A stretch of DNA of 64,000 nucleotides from Butyrivibrio sp. (GTDB taxonomy: Bacteria; Bacillota; Clostridia; Lachnospirales; Lachnospiraceae), in the NCBI GenBank assembly GCA_045646185.1, contig JAZRKG010000042.1, positions 5,300-69,299 of the forward strand, read 5' to 3'. A program made the position numbers and the translations under genes. The notes below the pieces were generated by a model. The model was not told the DNA's origin. It did no database searches and was given only the letters and a program-made list of their open reading frames with translations. The number at the start of each line of letters is the position of its first letter. Positions within the stretch are counted from its first letter, which is position 1. This document shows, in pieces, positions 58,308 to 64,000 of this stretch.

Positions 58308-60734
58308 ATGAGGCAGAGCATGAATATTAGAAAAAGGTTATTACCTATCATTTATATAGTGAGTATAGCTGTATCAGCCATAATCTTTTCATTTGTCATG
58401 GCTAGAAATGTACATGATACAGAATATACATCTTATACAAGAGCTATGGTCACCAGCGAAGGCATTTATTTCTGCGAGAATCTTGAAGATCATGGATTGC
58501 TTTACAGATTGACCACTAAAGGCAAGGTCAAAGATATCCACAATTCTAAAGATATAAATCAGGACAAGATCCTTGCAATGAGTGTTTATGATGGCAATCT
58601 ATATGTGGCCTACAGCAGAGCTTCTGATAAAGATAAATACAATGAAGGATCGCATTATGAATATTGCATAGCTGAATTTGATAAGAACTTAAATCTGCTT
58701 CGTATTACCAATGAATATCATCTTGATGATGATATGCTCTCATCCATCTCAGTAGAGGGAAGTGGAATATTTACAACAACGATCTCATCAGATGGAAATC
58801 AGCTAAAGGTTGTTGCCTTTGGTCTGGATAAACTGGTCAAACCTTCAGAAAAAACAGAAGATCCTATCGCTACAGAAACAGTTATGGCAAGAAATGCGGA
58901 TCCCGGAAGATTTTTTGTATCCGCTGTTTATAGCAACGGCTCTTTGTCTATCAGAACAGATGAGGATGAACCGCTTTCTGATTTTGCACAGGATGAAAGG
59001 ATTTCAACCGCTGTATCTGCAATGAAACTCTCAGCAGTTTATGAATTTACCATGTACAAGACCTATTTTATATTTTGGCTCTGTGCATTGCTGATATGGC
59101 TCATTATCGTAAGACTTGTTTACAACGTGCTCGTCACATCCAACAGGACTATGTATACCCTTATATTGTTTGAAGCTATCCTGATGATCCTGATCGGAGT
59201 ATCGATCTATTATGTCGCTGGACAGTACGAGGTAGCCAGAAAGACTGAGCGCGTGCGATATGGCATCGTATCCATGCAGTCACTTGCACAGGATGCAGGT
59301 CTTACAAGCTATATTGACTATGGCGCACAGGGGTATTATGACAGTGAGAATTACACCAGTTCCCAGAAGGCTTTGGCAGATTTTGTTAATAGGAATGGCA
59401 ATTCTTCAATATTCTACGATGTGCTTATTGTAAGACTTTCAGATGGAATGGTAGTTACCAGTGCAAGTGGAAGGAATAAGGAGAGCCTTGTTTATCTGTT
59501 TGGCAATTCTGTTTCCGGTATTCTGGATACTCTTTACAACAGTACATCAATGTTTGATACGGCAGATCTGATGCTCGCAGGAGCGGATGCACTGGCTGTT
59601 GGAGTTGCAGATAATGATTTCATCGCAGATTATGCTATTGTCGGGATCCTTGATGATTCATTTACCGGAACAGGAATAAATAAGAGCAATTTAAGATATG
59701 TGATCCTGTTCATTATTATTTTTGCCATCAGTAGCGTTATCCTGGTAGCTATTTACTTTGTTAATACCAGAGATCTCAAGAATCTTGAAGATGCACTCAG
59801 AGAATGTGCTCTTGGAAGAAGACTTCCGGATAGACCACTTACTCTTGGTGTTGATCTTAAGAATATGTGGGATTCTCTTTCAGAAATAGGCAAGAGAGTA
59901 GATACGATCAATTATAAGAGATTTAAGATCTTTGAAGCTTACTTTAGATTCTCGCCTAAAAACATAGAATATGCACTTGGTAAAGAATCCATTATGGATG
60001 TTAAAAATGGTGAGTACACAATGCTTGAAGGAAGTCTCCTCACCATATACCTGTCACCGAACCAGAGCAGGGATAACCTTTTGGCAATCACCTGTGCTTT
60101 GGATGCAAGACAAAAGAGTAATGACTGCATATTGGTGGGCAATTCAACTGATCTTACCAGACTTCAGATGCTCTTTATGGTGACAGAAAAAGGCAGTGTA
60201 GATTATGCGGCAGAGATAATCCATGACTCTAATATGCATGGAGGCCCATTCAATTCAGCCTTTATATTCTATGATTCATTCGAGTTTGGAATAGTTGGAA
60301 ATGATGGTCTCTCACTGACCTACCTCAATAATGACAGATCAAAAGAGCTTGTAAGTTACGGAGAGCTGTTTGGAAGACTTCATCTTGGTCTTGTTATCAC
60401 TGAATATATCAAGATCAGAGAGTATGAAAACAGAGCTGTAAGATACATCGGCTATATCAGATGCAACGGCTATGGCGACAAGATGAAGCTCTATGAAGTA
60501 ATGGATGCCTGTAGCAAGAGCGAACGTCATGACAAGATACATACTCTTAGACAATTTAGTGAAGCGCTTGAAATGTATGAAAAGAAAGAATTCTATTTTG
60601 CAAGAAATCTTTTCTCAGATCTGTTAAAAATCGCTCCGGAGGATGAACTTTCAAGGTGGTATCTGTTTGAAAGTGAGAAATACCTCAATGAAGGGGTTGC
60701 CAGTGATGCAACCTTTGGAGCTTTACACATGTAA
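58308..60734 (+). CDS. Multi-TM sensor with degenerate class III adenylate/guanylate cyclase domain and C-terminal TPR-like helices
   Basis: YFRFSPKNIEYALGKESIMDVKNG pre-cyclase motif, FGIVG and RYIGYI...KLYEV, but the metal-binding Asp residues are not recognisable; four TM segments. Confidence 0.7.
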   Translation: MRQSMNIRKRLLPIIYIVSIAVSAIIFSFVMARNVHDTEYTSYTRAMVTSEGIYFCENLEDHGLLYRLTTKGKVKDIHNSKDINQDKILAMSVYDGNLYVAYSRASDKDKYNEGSHYEYCIAEFDKNLNLLRITNEYHLDDDMLSSISVEGSGIFTTTISSDGNQLKVVAFGLDKLVKPSEKTEDPIATETVMARNADPGRFFVSAVYSNGSLSIRTDEDEPLSDFAQDERISTAVSAMKLSAVYEFTMYKTYFIFWLCALLIWLIIVRLVYNVLVTSNRTMYTLILFEAILMILIGVSIYYVAGQYEVARKTERVRYGIVSMQSLAQDAGLTSYIDYGAQGYYDSENYTSSQKALADFVNRNGNSSIFYDVLIVRLSDGMVVTSASGRNKESLVYLFGNSVSGILDTLYNSTSMFDTADLMLAGADALAVGVADNDFIADYAIVGILDDSFTGTGINKSNLRYVILFIIIFAISSVILVAIYFVNTRDLKNLEDALRECALGRRLPDRPLTLGVDLKNMWDSLSEIGKRVDTINYKRFKIFEAYFRFSPKNIEYALGKESIMDVKNGEYTMLEGSLLTIYLSPNQSRDNLLAITCALDARQKSNDCILVGNSTDLTRLQMLFMVTEKGSVDYAAEIIHDSNMHGGPFNSAFIFYDSFEFGIVGNDGLSLTYLNNDRSKELVSYGELFGRLHLGLVITEYIKIREYENRAVRYIGYIRCNGYGDKMKLYEVMDACSKSERHDKIHTLRQFSEALEMYEKKEFYFARNLFSDLLKIAPEDELSRWYLFESEKYLNEGVASDATFGALHM

Positions 60735-60761
60735 TAAATGATGTAGAAGGGACAATCCTTA

Positions 60762-61982
60762 GTGCAGAACTTATTAACAGTATTAGTTCAAACAATTAAA
60801 TCAAGATGGGCAGGGCTTGTTTCCAAGTTAAAGCTTCTTACTAACTGGAACTTCATCAGAACCAAGATCATAGCCAAGATTCGTGACTTTTTCTACAGCA
60901 TGCTCAATTTCAAGCCACGAAACAAGAACGACTATGTGACTATTTTTGGATGGATGATCAGCAGGCGCCTGGTCCATGCGATGATCATAGTTGTCGGTGT
61001 TCTGAGTATATATTACATAGCTTCAGAGACTTCTATCTTCAAGCAGTTTGGCTCTAATGGCGGTATCAAGACCTACAGCTATGATTCTATCCGTCTGCGA
61101 CTGGTAGATGACAAAGTCAGAATCACAGCCAAAGATGGTTACGTTGCCTATGAGGGCCAGGTTGCCAAAGGCTATGTTACCGGTGAAGGAACACTCTATG
61201 ACGAGAACGGAACAATTGTCTACACCGGTTCCTTTGAAAATAACAAGTATGAAGGACAGGGATATTTAAATTATCCTAGCGGCAATATCAAGTATTCAGG
61301 ACAATTCCATGAAAATCTATTCCATGGCGAAGGCACATTGTTTAGAGAAGACGGAACCTATGATTATATAGGCGATTTTGAAATGGGCTACAAAAATGGA
61401 AGAGGCGTGCTCTATGACAATGGAGAAAATGAAATCTATGTAGGTGGATTCTCCAGTGATTCCATAGTATACAGTGAGCTTCTGGGCAAGACTGTCCAGC
61501 AGGCAGCTGAATGCTATAAAGGAACTCAGATCCTGTATCAGATGGATGATGACATAGCAGTATTTATGAAACAGATTGATGGAGTCTATTATGGCAAAAG
61601 TGATTCAGATTCCCTTGATGATGATATCAAAATCGAATCTGTATACGTGCTTCAGGACTATTTTTGCTATGGCAATACTGTTATAGATACCATAACAGAT
61701 CTTAAGGGAGTATTTGGGAATCCAATATATGAAGGCAATTCAGCAGTTATTTTTCCTGAAGTTGTTTGCATAAATAAACTATGTGAAACAACCAATGTAT
61801 TAAATGGCAGAGTAGATGTTACTACTACAGAACTTTTTACAGATGTTATTGATGTAGAGAATTTTGATAATACCTACGTGGTATATATTTATTCCTTTAG
61901 AAGAGGAGATCTGGTCTATTCCTTTGTATGTCCGGGAAAGGCTGAATATTTTGCTTTTTACTATGTATCTCCTGCGGAATGA
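60762..61982 (+). CDS. Membrane-anchored MORN-repeat protein
   Basis: YEGQVAKGYVTGEGTLY, YTGSFENNKYEGQG, YSGQFHENLFHGEG and YIGDFEMGYKNGRG; one TM. Confidence 0.88.
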   Translation: MQNLLTVLVQTIKSRWAGLVSKLKLLTNWNFIRTKIIAKIRDFFYSMLNFKPRNKNDYVTIFGWMISRRLVHAMIIVVGVLSIYYIASETSIFKQFGSNGGIKTYSYDSIRLRLVDDKVRITAKDGYVAYEGQVAKGYVTGEGTLYDENGTIVYTGSFENNKYEGQGYLNYPSGNIKYSGQFHENLFHGEGTLFREDGTYDYIGDFEMGYKNGRGVLYDNGENEIYVGGFSSDSIVYSELLGKTVQQAAECYKGTQILYQMDDDIAVFMKQIDGVYYGKSDSDSLDDDIKIESVYVLQDYFCYGNTVIDTITDLKGVFGNPIYEGNSAVIFPEVVCINKLCETTNVLNGRVDVTTTELFTDVIDVENFDNTYVVYIYSFRRGDLVYSFVCPGKAEYFAFYYVSPAE

Positions 61983-62044
61983 AATCGTATATAAATATAA
62001 GATGTTTTGGGCTTTGACACTAAGGTTTACGGCGGAAGAAAAAT

Positions 62045-64000
62045 ATGAAAATAAGATTGTTGAAGAACAACTTAATAGTGTTGTTGGGCATTACAATTGC
62101 CACCTGCTCTTTTTCCGTTACGGACCTGCCAAAGGGCTCTGTAGTCTATGCGCAGGACCAGGTGTTGACTCTGGATACCTGTAAGACACTGGCTATCAGG
62201 ACCAGTAGTAAATATGATTCAGCCCTTGATGCTGTTGAGTCCAAAAAGGCCAAGTATGAAAGTGCAGTCAAAGGATTAAAGCTAAAAGAAAAGAGTCTTA
62301 CAACCTTTAGATGGTCACCGCTGTTAAGTCTTAAATTTCCTGAAAAGCTGACTCTTGAACAGGCATCAGAATTTCAGTTCAAACCTATGTCTCTTCAATA
62401 CGACATAGACATTGCCGAGCACAATGTAGGAGATGTGAAGTTAACGATATGCAATGAGATCAATACTCTCTATGTTGAGATCGTTACTTTGCAGAAGATG
62501 CTTGATTTCAATCAGGAAAGAGCGGACAACCTTGAAGAAGCAGTCAAGCGCAACACTGCCAAGCTCAAGGTCGGACAGGCCACTCAGAGTGATATCGATA
62601 CCATGAACAGCAAGCTCAAGGCGGTTAATACTACCATTGCTTCCGATAGAAGAACCCTGGAAGCAGATCTGCAGAAGCTATCCAAAAAGATCGGTATGGA
62701 TGTGACTACAGGATATACATTTGAGTCACCTTACATAGAATCAGAGCTCACAAGAGACAATCTTGAAGCACTTATAGATTACGCATTAGAACATGATCAG
62801 ACCTATTATGAGGCTTGTATCGAGGAAGTCAGAGCAAGAGTACAGCTTCAGACCAACTATGATCTGATGAAGAACCACTATGGTGGAGATATGAAACTTA
62901 TTTCATCATATGTGGATATGGCAATGTCAGGACAGGAAGTCAGCAAAGTAGGATTTAAAAAGGACTACAAGACTTTTCTTGAAAAAATAGATAGTTACTG
63001 GAAGGGAAAGAAAAGGATCTGCTGGTTTATCAAAATACCGAGATTATGGCTTAAAGGATCTATAGATGGAACAAGATACATAGATGATGATCCTAATATC
63101 CTGTATCAGGATGTACTTGATTATGTAAGCGCCTATAAAGATAAGGAAGCAGCTGCTGAAGAGCTCAGGCAGGCAGTTACAGATGCATTTAATAATTACA
63201 TCTCAGTCAAGAACTCTTACGAGCAATATCAGACAGATGTAAAAGATTCCAAGGAACATCTTGAGAAGAGCGCTCTTCTGAACAGACTGGGACAGTTATC
63301 TTACTCAGAATATGATTCAGAGATGACTACCTATGAAGACCTTCAAAAGAGCCTTTTGGATACCATGAAACTCTATACCAACACCCTGTACTCACTGGAT
63401 AGAACTACAAGCGGCGGTGTTGATGCGATCCTGAGCGGTGGAGACGTTGATATGCAGACAGCCAAGCCGGGAGAGAGCTACATCGAAGAGCAGACAGCAG
63501 ATGGTGCATATTATTACATCAAACAGATCATACAGAAGTTGGAGTTTGAAGTAAGTATATATATTCCTGAGGATTTTGAAGTTGAGATAACTGATTATGA
63601 GCTTTGGGTAAATGATGTTCAGATTGGAGACAGGACTTCAAAGGACGGGCGGATAAGGCATCTGGCCCTGTCACTGGACAATGTTGATGAAGTCAAGCTC
63701 AGACTCTACAACGGTGATGAATTCATAGACGATTGTATCATTGATCCTGCTTCAGTTTCAGGACCACTCAAGATAGTTACAGGTTATGACATCAAGACCA
63801 TGGAACTTGAGGAATATGGAACCTATGCAGTGACGATCAATGATGAGACAGGACTTATGGATATTTCCATCACACCTGCATCTGCAGATATCAAGTATTT
63901 TGTTATCAAAGATGAAGATGGCATAGCACTGGGCGGCGGAGAACCTATCAGCATTGAGAGTTCTCTTAGACATCTGACGCTGGTAGCCTACGATCTGGAG
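62045..64000 (+). CDS. Exported TolC/outer-membrane-efflux-like helical protein with additional beta-rich C-terminal domains (partial; absent from the ORF track)
   Basis: My translation: MKIRLLKNNLIVLLGITIATCSFS...YAQDQVLTLDTCKTLAIRTS...INTLYVEIVTLQ...KLKVGQATQSDID...LNRLGQLSYSEY. The frame appears open for 652 codons to the window end. Confidence 0.72.
   Translation, partial: MKIRLLKNNLIVLLGITIATCSFSVTDLPKGSVVYAQDQVLTLDTCKTLAIRTSSKYDSALDAVESKKAKYESAVKGLKLKEKSLTTFRWSPLLSLKFPEKLTLEQASEFQFKPMSLQYDIDIAEHNVGDVKLTICNEINTLYVEIVTLQKMLDFNQERADNLEEAVKRNTAKLKVGQATQSDIDTMNSKLKAVNTTIASDRRTLEADLQKLSKKIGMDVTTGYTFESPYIESELTRDNLEALIDYALEHDQTYYEACIEEVRARVQLQTNYDLMKNHYGGDMKLISSYVDMAMSGQEVSKVGFKKDYKTFLEKIDSYWKGKKRICWFIKIPRLWLKGSIDGTRYIDDDPNILYQDVLDYVSAYKDKEAAAEELRQAVTDAFNNYISVKNSYEQYQTDVKDSKEHLEKSALLNRLGQLSYSEYDSEMTTYEDLQKSLLDTMKLYTNTLYSLDRTTSGGVDAILSGGDVDMQTAKPGESYIEEQTADGAYYYIKQIIQKLEFEVSIYIPEDFEVEITDYELWVNDVQIGDRTSKDGRIRHLALSLDNVDEVKLRLYNGDEFIDDCIIDPASVSGPLKIVTGYDIKTMELEEYGTYAVTINDETGLMDISITPASADIKYFVIKDEDGIALGGGEPISIESSLRHLTLVAYDLE

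Noticed and set aside
61864-62184. 106-aa ORF from the track
   Set aside because: It overlaps the MORN gene and the long TolC-like frame starting at 62045 in another frame; likely spurious.
689-63973. Numerous 60-180 aa ORFs antisense to or nested in long genes (e.g. 12342-12875, 35118-35453, 56200-56751)
   Set aside because: Shadow ORFs with no recognisable motifs; several are simple antisense readings of low-complexity coding DNA.
53558-64000. Type VII secretion system
   Set aside because: Only a loose EssB-like analogy; no FtsK/EssC ATPase, WXG100 or LXG proteins are seen in the window.

Overview
A 64-kb, gene-dense, AT-rich bacterial window. Gene content and RBS style suggest a rumen or gut Lachnospiraceae such as Butyrivibrio or Pseudobutyrivibrio (inference). 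Bases 1-21.8 kb are mostly housekeeping and signalling genes: two tandem GGDEF cyclases, a TPR protein, ridA, hup, an NhaC-type transporter, a DMT transporter, bioY with a BirA operator, an aldo/keto reductase, phosphoketolase, an M13 peptidase and a SpoIIE phosphatase. This part also has a small degraded islet at 5.3-8.5 kb and a phased palindrome array at 14.4-14.7 kb. From 22 kb to the end is an unusual accessory region with three components. (1) Four very large, signal-less, charged helical proteins: one with a C-terminal PI3/4K/HipA-like kinase domain, one with a C-terminal papain/C39-like protease domain, one with pore-former-like hydrophobic helices and one with helical repeats. They lie beside GNAT-fold proteins and a CesT/YbjN-like chaperone. 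(2) Three normally cytoplasmic enzymes, each with an N-terminal membrane anchor: a family II pyrophosphatase, an HD hydrolase and a CCA/poly(A)-type nucleotidyltransferase. (3) An operon starting with an Afp15/Pvc15-like AAA+ ATPase and an eCIS-type accessory protein, followed by membrane-bound pseudokinase, pseudo-cyclase, MORN-repeat and TolC-like proteins. The best hypothesis is a membrane-associated contractile-injection or secretion system of a Gram-positive-lineage gut bacterium with its effector/chaperone arsenal. Sheath, tube and baseplate genes are not in this window. All family calls come from reading motifs by eye; no searches were run. No rRNA, tRNA, CRISPR-cas or intact transposase was recognised.
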